Made by a program: the position numbers and the translations under genes. Of a DNA stretch of 64,000 bases, positions 43,024-56,909 are shown piece by piece. The notes beneath the pieces are model-generated. The model was not told where the DNA came from and made no database searches. It saw only the letters and a list, made by a program, of their open reading frames with translations. This DNA is from Takakia lepidozioides (lineage: Eukaryota; Plantae; Bryophyta), in the NCBI GenBank assembly GCA_030704615.1, contig CM060731.1, positions 88,288,001 to 88,352,000 on the forward strand, given 5' to 3'. Within the stretch, counting starts at the first letter, position 1. Every line of letters starts with the position of its first letter.

Positions 43024-45682
43024 TGTCGAGCGGCTTTTACTCACCCATCCCTTTGCTATCTGAGGTGAAAACTCCAAGATAGAAGAGTTGGATATCTCTA
43101 AGTACTCCTCCCGCTCAGAACAATCAGTCATGACCTACAGCTAGTGTATCATGGGGGTGCTTTCTTATTTCTATTCCTTCTTGCATTCATGTTTAGCATG
43201 TTACCTTACTGAATTGTAATCTCAGCTTTGAACTGGCATATTACTTTAGCCAAAGCCCCTTCATTATCCTGCACCCGTGAAGCCTCTTGCTTCACTTCAT
43301 CTTCACCTTCTTCATCTTCTCTTTCAGAGTCAGAAGATTCTGCCATAGGGATATCAGTATCCTTCTGCATTTCCCTTATGGTATCAGCCACTTCCTTGTG
43401 CAGTTCATTCTCATCTCTCCATGCCTCATCATCTTCAGGCACATCACTGCCATCTTCATTAACATCTTCTTTCTCATCCACTGGAGGTAATAGTTTAGCT
43501 TTGCTTCTGGTAACTATCATTGTACTTACTTCTGGTACAAAACATGGCATAACCATGTGAGCTGCCACTACTGTTCCTTCATTCACAGGAGCTCTCATCT
43601 CATTCTGGTGTCTAATCCAGAATGGACAGGCTGCTTTGCGATGTCATGCCTGGTTACAATAATAACACAGTTCTTCACCATTGGGTCCTCGCCCTTGGTC
43701 TATTCTGGGATTATTTCTATAATCCTGATTCCCTGGCTGGTAATTCTCCCTTGGATTACCCTGATAGTTGCCTCTGGGATTGCCTTGGTAATTCCCTCTT
43801 GGATTACCTCTTCCTGCCATACCATTGTTATATCCACCAGGCCTACCATAGTGGTCCTGGTCATTGTTTCTTCTTGGCTGGGGTTGCACTTGATGCACCC
43901 TCACTTGCCTAGGTTCTCTTGTAGCTGTCCTTCTATTGTAATAACAATTCTCAGTAGAATGGTTATCCATTTTACAAATAGTACAATGTTTCTCCTTCAT
44001 GTGGCATTCAGCTATGGTATGGTCTTCATTTTGGCACTTTGCACACCAAACACCCTTCCTCCAATGTGTTACAGCCTCTGTGGCGTACTTTTTCAAGATT
44101 TCTTTCAATCTTTTTTCATAGTTGTGCCTCTTCAACTTTTCCTTCTTCTTGCTTTTCCTCTTGAGCTCTTGCTTTTCTTCCTCATCTGACTCATCTTCAA
44201 AGTCATCATTATCCATCTTATCTCTCCCGAGCATTCTCAATTGCTCAATTTTGTTGGCTGTTTTGAATGCCTCCTCCACTGTATTATGGGGTAGCATATC
44301 CACTTTCTTTTATAATTCAGGTCTTAGTCCACTCACAAACCAAGTCTTCTGTAATCCTGGTGCTGGTACTGCAGCCAGCTTTTTCATCATTAACTCCATT
44401 TTCTTTTTGTCAAATCTTTAACCCAGGGATGTACCTCAGATCTTTCCCCTCGTGGCTGATCTTCTTCCTGTACCAAATCTCTTAATCTTTCTTGTAAAGA
44501 ATAAGAAGAAGTGGCATCCAAATCTGGTTCTTCCGGTATGGGTGATGTACTCTCTGGCCTTAATGGTGTGAGAGGTCCAGATGATTCCCCTATGTATATT
44601 CCTCTTCCCAGAGATATGGATAATTAGCTTTCAATTAACTTTCTTTTTTTGCTGAATATCTGTGAAGTCTAGCTTCCCTTTCATCACTCATGTCACATGT
44701 CTTTCATATCTTTAATGAGGCAATAACCAAAACTCTCTCCTGTAGTATCTCTCGTATATGCCTGGATTTTTTTCAAGCTTTAATGCACCCTTGGCTATAC
44801 TAGAAGGCTCCGTTACCATATATCCATATGGAAGACAAGTCTGAAAGGCCGTTCTTGGTGTAAGCTTGATCCACAGGATATCCTTGGGTATCCAATTCTT
44901 TACCAGTGCAAATTCTCCACGCATATGAGTAAAAACATTCACTTTCCGTTCCTCCCAGCCTTCAAACTCCACTCGTTTAATGGATAGCAACGCTATCACA
45001 TAAACCAGTGTTGGCAACCAACTAGCTCTCCCTTTACATGCCACTTGATAAATCTTTATCACTCCTTTCTCCAGACCCCACTCTGGATCAGCATCATGCA
45101 CTATCTTAAGAATGTTTTCCTTGCAACCGTCTGGCAATTCCAAGAACCTCTGAAAGAGTTGTTTGGACAATCTTTCTTTCTCAGTTTCACAGGGAATTTG
45201 ATTCACATCAAATTCCTTGATTCTCCATCCACCATGATCCCACCAGATGCCTATCACATCTGGTTGTTCTTGACTCAATTCCCCAGTATGGTCGCCAAAT
45301 GTCGAGCGGCTTTTACTCACCCATCCCTTCGCTATCCGAGGTGGAAACTCCAAGATAGAAGAGTTGGATATCTCTAAGTACTCCTCCCGCTCAGAACAAT
45401 CAGTCATGACCTACAGCTAGTGTATCATGGGGGTGTTTTCCTATTTCTATTCCTTCTTGCATTCATGTTTAGCATGTTACCTTACTGACCATGATTAAGT
45501 ATCAGATTGCTTCTGCAATCCACCATGTTCCATCTGCTCAAGCATTCATTCCACAGCTTCACTCAGATCTCTCTACACAGTGTGAGTATGAAATAGGAAT
45601 CAGATTTATATCTATCATGTTTCAGGCCGAAGCCATGGTGTCTCTATTCTGCCCTACAGTACATCTCTACAACTTGCATGTA
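43024..45682 (-). mobile_element. Internally deleted Gypsy family B element (5' LTR part, PBS, 5' ORF, gag, 3' LTR stub)
   Basis: LTR 45682-45300 and PBS 45299-45281 (tttggcgaccatactgggg). Gag CCHC motifs lie at 44303-43644. The sequence then joins the last ~190 bp of LTR (43210-43024). Confidence 0.88.
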
Positions 45683-46182
45683 NNNNNNNNNNNNNNNNNN
45701 NNNNNNNNNNNNNNNNNNNNNNNNNNNNNNNNNNNNNNNNNNNNNNNNNNNNNNNNNNNNNNNNNNNNNNNNNNNNNNNNNNNNNNNNNNNNNNNNNNNN
45801 NNNNNNNNNNNNNNNNNNNNNNNNNNNNNNNNNNNNNNNNNNNNNNNNNNNNNNNNNNNNNNNNNNNNNNNNNNNNNNNNNNNNNNNNNNNNNNNNNNNN
45901 NNNNNNNNNNNNNNNNNNNNNNNNNNNNNNNNNNNNNNNNNNNNNNNNNNNNNNNNNNNNNNNNNNNNNNNNNNNNNNNNNNNNNNNNNNNNNNNNNNNN
46001 NNNNNNNNNNNNNNNNNNNNNNNNNNNNNNNNNNNNNNNNNNNNNNNNNNNNNNNNNNNNNNNNNNNNNNNNNNNNNNNNNNNNNNNNNNNNNNNNNNNN
46101 NNNNNNNNNNNNNNNNNNNNNNNNNNNNNNNNNNNNNNNNNNNNNNNNNNNNNNNNNNNNNNNNNNNNNNNNNNNNNNNNNN
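45683..46182. other. Assembly gap (500 N)
   Basis: Run of n. Confidence 1.
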
Positions 46183-46539
46183 GGGCTAGGAACAAACCAT
46201 ACCTTGGGCGCTGCCTCCTCATGCCGGGGGGCAGATCCGGAATGCTGGCGCCGTAGCACTATGGTCCTTGGCGCAGGACCCACCTTCTTCACATTCGACC
46301 CCAGTGCCACTCCCTGTGGTCCCTGCAAAACATATAGTGCCAGCCATGAGTGAGAGGGCATCCGGGGGGAACAAAACAAACATCTCATTTGGCTTCGATG
46401 TCATGTTGCAAACAGTAAGGTTAGTTTCACCTGCATGGGCACAGAAGCACTTCCCCCAACGACCCCATTCTCTCCCGCATTCAAGCTGCCAGTCGGGGTC
46501 AGCTTCTGCGTGCTTGTGAAGACACGCACATCCTTGGAG

Positions 46540-47085
46540 CAAAACAAATCTTGGCAGTAGGGCCAGACTGTTTCTAAAAGGTAGTCTGAATCGGGCCCCT
46601 CACTAACATTGCTAGTAACATCAAATGGCAATGGATGGACCATGTTCAAAGGGGAGTTCCCTTTCCCCTTGTGTGGTGAATCGTCCACTAAGAGGGTGTT
46701 GGATTCGTTAAATCCAGAAAATTCCGACCACACCCACGACAGTCTCTTCTATAAGTTTTGTACGACAGGCCCTTTGTGGGGTGTGGCTCTGTCGAGGGGT
46801 CACACTCCTCTTGTGACCACACAAAGAGGGGAGAACCCTTGACCCCCTGCATCACCACTTTCAATATGTCTGCAACATTCCCCTTGGAAGCACAGGACCA
46901 TATCCCAACGTAGAAATACTGGAAGAGAAGGTTTAAAAACTCCGCAGAGACCTGGGCCTTGGGAAAACATACTTGTTGGTGGTCAACACCCATGGCCAAT
47001 GACGCCTCGGGTTGGGCTGAAAGTTAGGAATAGAGTGGCACAGGATCCCGTTCAGGTCTAGAACAATTAGTTTCGACTTTTCAAT
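46540..47085 (-). pseudogene. FCP1/NIF-like HAD phosphatase domain (frameshifted)
   Basis: KSKLIVLDLNGILCH, FYVGIWSCA, LFVWSQEEC and NTLLVDDSPHKG..N. Confidence 0.75.
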
Positions 47086-50000
47086 GAAAGGAGCTTTTGA
47101 AGGGGTGTCACGGGGTCTCACCTCAGTGGGTTGGGAGACAACAGTCACCCCGGAGGGCAAAGTTTCGGTCCCCCTGCAGCCTGGACCAGGCAAACTACCA
47201 CCCTCTCCCCCTACAGCTTCCCCTTTTCCCCCATCACCAGCAATGATCCCCCCACGTCCATGTCATCCCCACCAACTTGCTGGACCTCTCCCCCTTCAAC
47301 GAGTGGACCCTGCCCCCCACTATGAATATCATCAACAACAGGCTGGACCTCGGTCACATCCCTACCCACTACAATTACTTCCTCCTTGTCAGGTACAATG
47401 GTCGCAGCAGGGGGGTCTTCCATACTGCCACCCGTCACACCCCATTTTTGCCCCATCATGAGTTCCACTATCTTCTTCAGCTGTGCTTCCATACCCTCTC
47501 CCCCTCCGCAGAGAGAGCTACAAGCCTCTCCAGGGCCTCAATGCGGGTTGCCATTGAGTTCCTCGCTCCCTGCGCATACAAACACCCACCCGTACTGTTA
47601 AAAACCAGAAGAAGAGGCCGAATGCGTGGGATTTCAGGCATTTGGAGTTGGCTGGGTTTGGAATAACACCCATCGTGTACCATGCGTGGGGGACCCACAT
47701 ACCCACCAAATCTTAGTACAACAACAGATTCATGAATGGAAACCGGACTTCAAAACATACCTGGCTCAAAACAGACTCGGATGGGATGGCAGTCGCAGCA
47801 TTCTTTTGCTCCGCCCCGAGCTCGGACAGTGACGGGCTCCGCGCTTTGCATCTTTTATGTATTTGCCCACCCACACACTGTCAGTACAAAATGCCAGGAG
47901 CATATGGACAAAGCACTACATTGCATATCACATAACAACAAATTCTGCACAAGGGATAAAACCCACTCGTGGGTGTCTCTTCCATCACAACATGCCACAA
48001 TGTAAGAGCAACGATAAGGGGGTGTGGGAGATTACCAAACGGGCTGCTTGGCCTGCAACTCCTTCCGGCCCCAACGCGAGGGGTTCGTGACACAAGCACG
48101 CACTTGCTTCATCCCTTCGGCCTTTGCAAGTCCACGAGGGGACTCCCAGTAGGCAACAAGCTTATCCCAATAGGCGGGTTCAATGTTCACTGGCCTCACA
48201 CCAGTCTGCGCCCATTTATCTTTCAATTTTTCTCTTTCTCCTTTCATTATCTTCCCACATTGCTTGACTATAAAATCACGATTGGCAGGGATAGGTGTGT
48301 ACTCGTACATTCCATTTATGCCCTCTATTACTGTTGACATGGCACTTTGGGACTGCTGGTCAATGTCTTGTACGCTTGAGTCAAGGTAACGCAATGCCAG
48401 GCCACGCAAATCACGCTGCCACTATTCCTTACCTTCGCAACCAACATTGATGACTCCATTTCCATGCACCTCCACCTTGTGGCGCTTTAGCCCTGCAGCC
48501 ACCCTTCCCTCTCCATCTCCTTCCCATTTTTTCATGGCATGGCGTCGTTCCTTCCTCAGCTCTGATGACCGTTTCCTGCCCCCATGCTCTGGAGCAGCGC
48601 CGTCGTGCGTTGTGGGGGGTGACGTATGTGTGCCAGAGGGGGGAGGGCCGTATGGAGATGTGGGAGGCCCCCATTGTGACGTGCCAGCATCAGGAAGCCA
48701 GCGCCACGACCCCAAAGCAGGGGGGGCTCCCCATGGTGCACTTTGCTGTGGAGACCATCCGGCAAGGGGTGGGTGCCAAGGTTGGTGTTGGTTGGCATTG
48801 TATGGTGGCTGTGAGTGCTTTGCTGTAGCTTCACTCCCCTTCCGCTGCCAAAAACATCCCACACACAAGGTGCATCAGCTGTACTCCTACTGAAGACAAC
48901 GTCACCAGAGCACAAACCATCCCACAACCACAACCACAAGCAGCAAACCTCAAACCCACTCCCCTGCAGCGCAAGTGCCAAAAAATGAAAAGGAGAGGGA
49001 CAAAATGTCCTCATAACATGTGCGGCCATTCCTTGGTGAAGAAGCGGAATGTGGATGGGTTCACATCAGTACCACATGAAACTTACCAAGAAACATAACA
49101 TCCATCCGGGTTTTCCACATATCCAGTAGACATCTATTCACACAATGCTGGCCGTATGTGCTTGCCCAGCGACGGAGCCCCAAAAGGCCTAAAGACTCTC
49201 AATGTTGGTAAACACAGGTGCATGCACAATTCAATTGATAGCTTGGATATCCGGTGGTCTGTCTGGTGATAGCACCCTGGGTAGTGAATCAGACAATGAA
49301 TATTGTGTTTGTGGAGCCCACAGAACGGGCAATAGCACTCTCTCATCCCTCTCAACTTCTGTTTGTTGTCCAAAGGTAGGCTTCCTCACCAAAGTTTGAA
49401 TTTCAGTCTGGTGCACACAGTGGGTAGACCCTTCAGGTCATCCAAGATGTCCTCCCCCATGTCACAATGTGGAAACAGGTTCAGGGATGTTTTCTGCCTA
49501 ACTTCTTTTTCATTACACAATTTTGTGGCAGCACACATGGCTTTGGACACTACAGTCTCTAAGTCACATGGTTCCAGCAGGGTCAAGACTTGCCGGTCCA
49601 CATTCAGATCCTTGAGAGTCTCTTCTAGTCTCTTCTGCCAGGACTTGGCCTGTTTGGCTGTGCGGTCCTGTTTCCAAGATATAGAGTCGATTAACTTACG
49701 ATATCTGGTGTAAAGACATGTGTTGCAACAGACTCCACCATCTCACCTTGAATTCATCTCCTCGGGAGGTTATGAAAGGGATGCCAAACTCACCATGAAT
49801 AGCCACATTGGTTGTTTTGGAGCATGCGGACATCCACTCCTTAAGCACCCCCACTTGGTAGGATACTGCAGACCTAGCCTCGTTGGAGTTATCAACCCAT
49901 ATAGCAAATGCGTACTCCAACGTAGGTCCAATGACGTGACAAAGCAACATTTCCTTGACCTAAAAATTAGTCCCTCTGCACACAGTGGTAGACCCTTCGG

Positions 50001-50972
50001 TTTTTCCACGATGTCCTCCCCCATGTCACAGACTGAAAACATGTTCAGGGATGTTTTCTGCCTAACTTCAAGTTCATTACACATTTTTTCTGGTAGCACT
50101 CACTTCTGTGGACACTACAGTCTCTAAGTTGCATTTATCCAGCAGGATGAAGACGTGCGGGTCCACACTCAGATCCTTGAGAGTCAGTTCTACTGTCTTC
50201 TGCCAGGACTTGGCCTATTTGGCTAGACGGTCCTGTTTCCAAGATATAGAGTCGATTAACTTACGATATCTGGTGTGAAGACATGTGTTGCAACAAACAA
50301 CACCATCTCACCTTCAATTAATCTCTGCAAGAGCTTAAGGAAGGGATGCCACACCCACCCCGAACTGCCACATTGGTTGTTTTGGAGCATGCGGACATCC
50401 ACTCCTTAAGCACCCCCACTTGGAAGGATTATGCAGACCTACCCTGGTTGGAGTTTTGAACCCATGATATAGCAAATGCGTACTCCAAGGCAAGTCCAGA
50501 AAGCGAGGTTTTCTTGACCTCAAAGTTAATCCCTCTACAGTGGAACAATTCAGTGAGACTCAGCGCTTTGCCCTTCCTGTTTGAACAACTTTATGGATAT
50601 GTGCATCCCAGTTTCAGTTTGAGGAGAACTCAACGCCCAGAAAACTTGAACACGAGTAGGGGTAGAACTCACCCCTTGCACAGCGGGTTTGTGTCGTTTG
50701 CGCATCTTCTGGAGAGACTCTGCAGATGGAGGTGCAGTTTCCACCAAACTATCCTCCACATCGTCGTCACCACCCATGCTGTACTCGCTTGTGTCAGAAT
50801 CCGAGCTCGAAGACTGCCCACCGTGCCGCCTTCCCTCTCGCATCGAGGCCATCTTCAGTGGATTCAGTCGAGCCAAGCGGGGGCTCCTTCGCACCGCGGG
50901 GCTGGAATGTGCAGAAGTGGGAGGAGGCGATGCTGCCTCGGCGGTCGAACGCTTCTTACTAGGCATGGACAT
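47085..50972 (-). pseudogene. CACTA TnpA/PTTA-like (Transposase_24-like) multi-exon gene
   Basis: YWDKLVAYWESPRG...VRACVTNPSRWGRK at 48032-48409. A putative first exon MPSKKRS..RRSPRL runs 50972-50673 with a GTGAGT donor. Exon structure is not fully resolved. Confidence 0.6.
49100..50600 (-). mobile_element. Decayed, tandemly duplicated LINE C-terminal fragments (same family as the intronic LINEs)
   Basis: EVRQKTSLNLFP.CDMGED appears twice (~49450-49500, ~50020-50070). 49400-49960 is repeated at ~49975-50520. Confidence 0.85.
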
Positions 50973-52899
50973 AGACCATGAAAGACAAAGACGAGCGAGG
51001 AAGACCAAGACATGCAAAGGAGGAAAGAAGGACAAAGAGGGGGGAGTGTGATCACACCCCCCCCCCCCCCCCCAAACTTGGGTGAAGATCCGGCCGTTGT
51101 TGATTTCAAATAGGAACACGTGTCGTGCATCCGACACTATGGCCTTTTTTACTTTGAGACGTTTCAAAATAACCACTTACAATCCTCCAGACAACTAGAT
51201 GTAGTGATTCACACAACTGACATGGATCCGTTAACTTTATTTCATTCAAAATTGGGCGAAGGAAACACACTGCAACGATGCCGTGTATGGCTCCGCTTTA
51301 CATGCATTCTTGGAGAAAATGCGCATGATCAGAGAGAAGTGAACACAGTGCTCTGCCAAATAATTCAGCAAAATCAAACTCAACTATAGTGGTTCTCCCA
51401 TCGCAGAGAAGGGTCCATTCGACATCCATCGCACCATGCCAGGTTGAGGTCCTCACACACACACCTGCACACCGAGAATTTGCGAACCCACATCAGCTGG
51501 GAGAACATGGAAATTACCCCGTGGATCACATGCAAGCATGAATGGGAAATGGAAGGAGAATTGCATGGGAGATTTTGGTGTACATGCGCGACGTGCAACT
51601 CTGTCTACATACTCCATAAGTCACTGTCCCAAGACCTAAGTGGACAGGGGAGGCCGGTGAGTCTGTACCACAAATGGTAGTCATACAGCAGAGGGTACTG
51701 CCGCCCAACTCGCAAAAGCCGCCGGCTGCAGGATGTTAGGCATGCGAACTCCGGCACAACACACCTCCTCTGCACCCAACTCCATCCCAACCAGTGCAAA
51801 ACAACCGTGCATGCATTGACTGCCCTCTGGCTTTCTCTCTAGGCATTTGGGGGTCTGCGATCTGCTACACGTAAGTGTCTTTGAAGGCGACGATCAAAGG
51901 ATCCGATCACTTGCAGTTGTTGTCTCAAGGGCAGCATTGCAAGAATCGCAATTAAGTAAGAAAGATGGTGGAAGAAGCTGCAAACTGCAAATGAGTGAAG
52001 TGGTAGGGCGATGCTCCATTCTTTACATGCTCCCCTTCCCGCCATGGTGATAGAGCCACACAAATGGACTCCCTTCCCGCCACGGTGCAATTTCAAGGCA
52101 ACGGAACAGGATTGTCCGCCGAAACGTGATTTGGAGAGCGCGGCCGAATCCGTGATGGAATTCGACCTTCCAATACATGATTCCTCAATCCATTTCGCTC
52201 TTCCGCTGAGGGTGGCATGGGGAAAACTACCCCCTGCTACAAACTTTTGATCATAATGCGATTTTGAGAGAGGAATCGATGCAGGCGGAAATTGTGTAGA
52301 CGATGACCGGCGATGACTGGAATTCATTGCGCATGGCCTGAGACAAGTGGTGCAGGTTCTGGCCTTGTAGTCGGGTTGTTCACACTTCAATGCACACATT
52401 TGATATACATTCAACCATATGCCCAAGATCACGACGTCCTGAATCGTGAAAATTGAAATTCCACGTACGTCCTCCAATTCCTCACACACACACGAACTGT
52501 AGAGGCAGGTGGTTTTCGAGGATGTCGTTGTAAGAGTCGATTTTGGTCATTTCTCTCAATGTCTTGTTGAAAAGATTCCAGTTATGATGGCTTTTAAATG
52601 GTTTGCTGTTGAGTGTAACTTTCCATCATGTTCTGGAATCTGAATCTGAAATAAAATGTCAACTATCTTCTCTGCCAAAGGATGTGCGGCTGAACCTTTC
52701 AAATTGAGATTGCGGGAGGAGGGAATTGACAGTAGTGAAATGGGAGTGACAGAGCCAAATTGAGGAGTCTCTGCAGAGGAGAATCCGGCCCCCTGCAACG
52801 GCGTGCACAAACTGCATTGCAGAGGCTCCCCAACAAAAATGACTTCCCCTCGCCCATGCGGAGGACTTCCACTTAATCACCCTTGTAGATAGAACACCC

Positions 52900-55800
52900 G
52901 GGATGACAGGTTGTGGGAAAGAGAAGTGGCACGTGCCCGAGCTCTTGGGCTTTCAAGGATGTCATGCCCATGTGAACGTTGTTTGGGCACTACAATAGAT
53001 CTGAGGACGGTGTGTGCACACATCTCCTTCACCACAAAAGACATGAAGCATTTCGGGTGTGGATTGGAGATGGACCTGTAGACTCCGACGACGAGGAGTG
53101 GGCACAATTGGACAATGCACACCCCCGGGGGAGCCATACAGACAGGCCAGACCAGGACTATGTCATGGGCGCAGGACATGAACCAGGCATGGACGGAGGG
53201 GTGGAGATTACTCGAATGTTGCAGGAAGCATTCCACATCATGGACGATGATGAAGAGGGGGACGGCACTGGGACAACTGGGAATGGTGATGACGCAGGAA
53301 ATGAAGGCATTCAGGTGGGGGAAGGCATGGAAGGAGGTGGAGATGGAGATGAGAATTCGACGCACATGACACTAGAAGAAGCATGTGTGCCACTATACGA
53401 GGGATGCAAATCCACGAAGCTTGCTGCCACCATGCTGTTGATGAATCTGTGCACAACCCACGATGTCTTAGACCATTTTGTGGACGAGTTGTCCTCTTTG
53501 CTTCGGTTGAACTTGCTTCCACAACCAAATGAAATGCCAAAAAGCTGTCACATGGCCAACAAAATGATTGGGAAGCTCGGCCTCAACTACGTGAAGATAC
53601 ATGCATGTCCAAAAGGACATGTACTTTTTAGAAGAGAGTACAAGGACCCTATGGAGTGCCCCAAATGCGGTGCAGCCCGGTACCATGATGTGGGCAGGTT
53701 ACAACAACCAGCCAAGGTGTTGAGGCACTTTCCCCTTATCCCCCGTCTACTACGAATGTACAAATGCAAGACCATTAGTGAGCTCATGACTTGGCATTCC
53801 AGGAATGCCTCAAACGATGGTTTGGTAAGGCATGTCCCAGATTCCCTTGCATGGAAGCATATAGATGCAACTTGGCCCGATTTCGCCGAGGACCCACGCA
53901 ATGTGCGATTGGCTGTATCTACGGATGGAGTAAACCCATACGGATCAAAGAGCTGCACATAGTCCACATGGCCCGTGCAGTTGGTGGCATACAACCTGCC
54001 ACCATGGTTGACAACAAAGAAATTCTTTGTCATGTTGTCTCTCTTGATTCCAGGCAAGGAGTCTGTGACAAATGCAAACATAGATGTGTATTTGCAACCA
54101 TTGATTGAAGAGCTACAAGAACTATGGATTGGAGTTGGAGCTTACGACATTTTGAAACCAGTAGGGCAACGGAGTTTCACCCTCCGTGCCATACTCATGT
54201 GGTCAATCCACGATTTCCCTGCATATGGCCTTGTTGCGGGTTGCAGGACCAAGGGCTACAAATGGTGCCCCATTTGTGGGCCCTATGTGGATTCACGGCA
54301 CTCAAAGCCATTGGGGAAGATAGTATATATGGGGCATTGATGTTACCTTGCAAGAAACCGCCCCTACCGACGAGCAGGAAGACACTTCAATGGATGTGTT
54401 GAAAGGAGAATGGCACCAAATGCTGTGACACCAGAGGAGACATTGCAATTTGCAAAGGAGAAAGAGGCATTCATGGAGATTGGAGGGAGAGAAGGAAGTA
54501 GTGCGGATCCAGCCATGGAGCACGGGGTGAAGCGCCGGACAATCCTTTGGGATTTGCCATACTGGAAGGTGCATGAATTCCCCCCCCCCCCATTCACTCA
54601 CTTTCTTTCACATTGTGCTTCCTGGAATTACCTTTACTGTCAGGAGTCCTTCCACCAACTCCTAAGTCAATGTAACTACTATGCAGTAAATGTTGAAGTC
54701 ATACACCTCACTGTGGAGAGGATCGTGCAGTTGTTGAAAGTAGAACGTAGTAACATGGACAACTTCTGCCACATATTCTACTATTTTTGCCCATGGAACT
54801 TGGTCTCATGGGAGGACATCTGGCATTTCAGGACCTCTTGCAGCGGTACCTCTTGGACCCCATGCATTGTGAGAAGAACTTCTACAAGAACATTCTGAAG
54901 ACGATCTTTGGGGAGAAGGATACGATAAACGTACGAAAGGACATGGAGATTGAAGGGTTACAGTCACATCTGTGGCTAAGGCCTGATCCAAATAGACCTC
55001 GCAAAGTGCTCATGCCAGCAGCATCATACGTCCTGACCAAATCAGAGCAAGAGCACTTTTTGAAGACATTGGGAGCCATCAAAGTGCCAACCGGTTTCTC
55101 GGGTGCTTTCCAAAAGCACGCCATGAACAAGAAATGGTCGGGGATGAAGTCACATGATCTACACGTGATGATGCAGCAGATTTTGCCAGTGTGCATTTGG
55201 GGTACGATGGCGCTGGGTCCTCGAACGGCCATAATGCGTGTAAGTCGAGTGTTTAGGAAGATTTGTGCGAAGGTGTGGGATCCGAGGGACATTACATCGT
55301 TGCGTGAGGATGTGGCTATGACCCTTTGTTTGCTGGAGAAAGAATTCCCTCCATCATTCTTTGACGTCATGACGCACTTGCTAGTGCATCTTGTAGAGGA
55401 GCTGCATGTGTGTGGGCCCGTAGCCAGCCGTTGGATGTACCCCATGGAGAGGTACATGAGGATCTGAAGGGGTATGTACGCAACATGGCATGGCCAGAGG
55501 GGAGTATGGCGGAGGGCTACATCTGCGACGAAGCCTTGGGCTTCATGACAGAGTATATGTCTTCATTTGATGCAACACAACGACGGGTGTGGGACGAGAA
55601 CGAGGAAGAAGGAGTTGTAGGCGAGGTCCTAGAAGGTGGTGGAACAAAGCGTGCCATGAGCCCGCGCCTTCGGGATGTGGCACATGATTATGTGCTGAAC
55701 AACACAACAACCATGACACCATGGAGACAGTGGGTGTAAACTTACATCCCTCCTGTGCTTTTCTTAATGGTCTTTGTATGCTGGAATCACCTATACTGTC

Positions 55801-56909
55801 ACAAGTCATTCCGGCCACTATGGGAGTGGGATCGTGTACGAACAGGGTGCTTCAGACGACTTCAGAGGGTGTTTCGTAGTTGGTGTTGTTGCTTGCAAGT
55901 GATTATGAAGTAGGCTACATCACTACAGTGTGCTTGAAAGGGCACAATCTGCATGTGGCATGCATGTACAGTATGGTGTTGGTCAGGGGGACTGAGTTGC
56001 AGCTTCTATTTGGTTTCTGCCAGAAAGTACGTAGCGGAGAAGGTCCGCCTGAAAACGGAACGGAGTGCATTTGCAAAAGCATGGCAGAGGGGCGGTCGTA
56101 GGCGTAGATCCCCGGTGGAGTACCCCACAACAATGGAGGAGCTGCAGCCCTTTGCAGTGTGGGTCAGATCTACAGTTGTAGTGTACGCATCAGAGAACGA
56201 GGACCCAAATCAGGGCATGGTGAGTCTGTCATTCCCCCCGGGGCTGATTGCCACTTCGTACCGCTCAATGAAAGCATATGGCAATCATTATAGAGTGGAC
56301 GATGCCAACACTAGCCTCCTGGTGACTTATGATAGCGGAGTGGCATCATTTTTTGAACAAGAGAGTAGGAGCTGTGCACAAGATCGGAATCCAATTTCAT
56401 GCCCTGTGCAATATGTAGGAGTCATCAAAGAGATCCTTAAACTAGACTATGGTCTTGTGAAGCCAATTCTATTCCGTTGTTCTTGGGTAAAAGCCAATAT
56501 GGTGGGAGAGAATGCCACCATGAAACGGGATGAGTACGGGTTCCTCCTTGCTGATTTCAGAAAAATGCTACCACCAGATGAAGAGCCATTCATCTTCCCA
56601 TCGCAAGTTGAGCAAGTTTTCTTTTCAGATGACACCCATGCGCCGGGATGGAAGGTGGTTCTTCAGAAGGACCCCCAGGCCAAACGAGTCGTGGCCGACG
56701 TCCATGATCTGGACCTAGGGGAGAATGCCGACCACGAGGGTCTGAGAGAACCACGAAATCTACCAGATACGGCCGAACCAGTCTCTTTGGAAGGAACAGT
56801 TACCTTTAATGATGAAGACATTCCAGGGTTGGAAATTACCGCAAGGCAAATTGCAGATGTGGGCAGTGAAGGGGAAGATTCTTCGGATACGGACAGTGAG
56901 CCTAGCTGA
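52900..56909 (+). pseudogene. CACTA/En-Spm Tnp2-like transposase (Transposase_21, DUF4218, DUF4216)
   Basis: KIHACPKGHVLF, DPRNVRLAVSTDGVNPY, WPVQLVAYNLPPW, DPMHCEKN, GMKSHDLH, RWMYPMER and EPFIFPSQVEQVFF. Introns at 54569-54831 and 55730-56023. Stops at 53960 and 54338, frameshift near 55465. Confidence 0.93.

Noticed and set aside
51380-52880. Cys-containing ORFs between the TnpA-like gene and Tnp2
   Set aside because: No recognisable motif, paralog or splice support, so I cannot call them.
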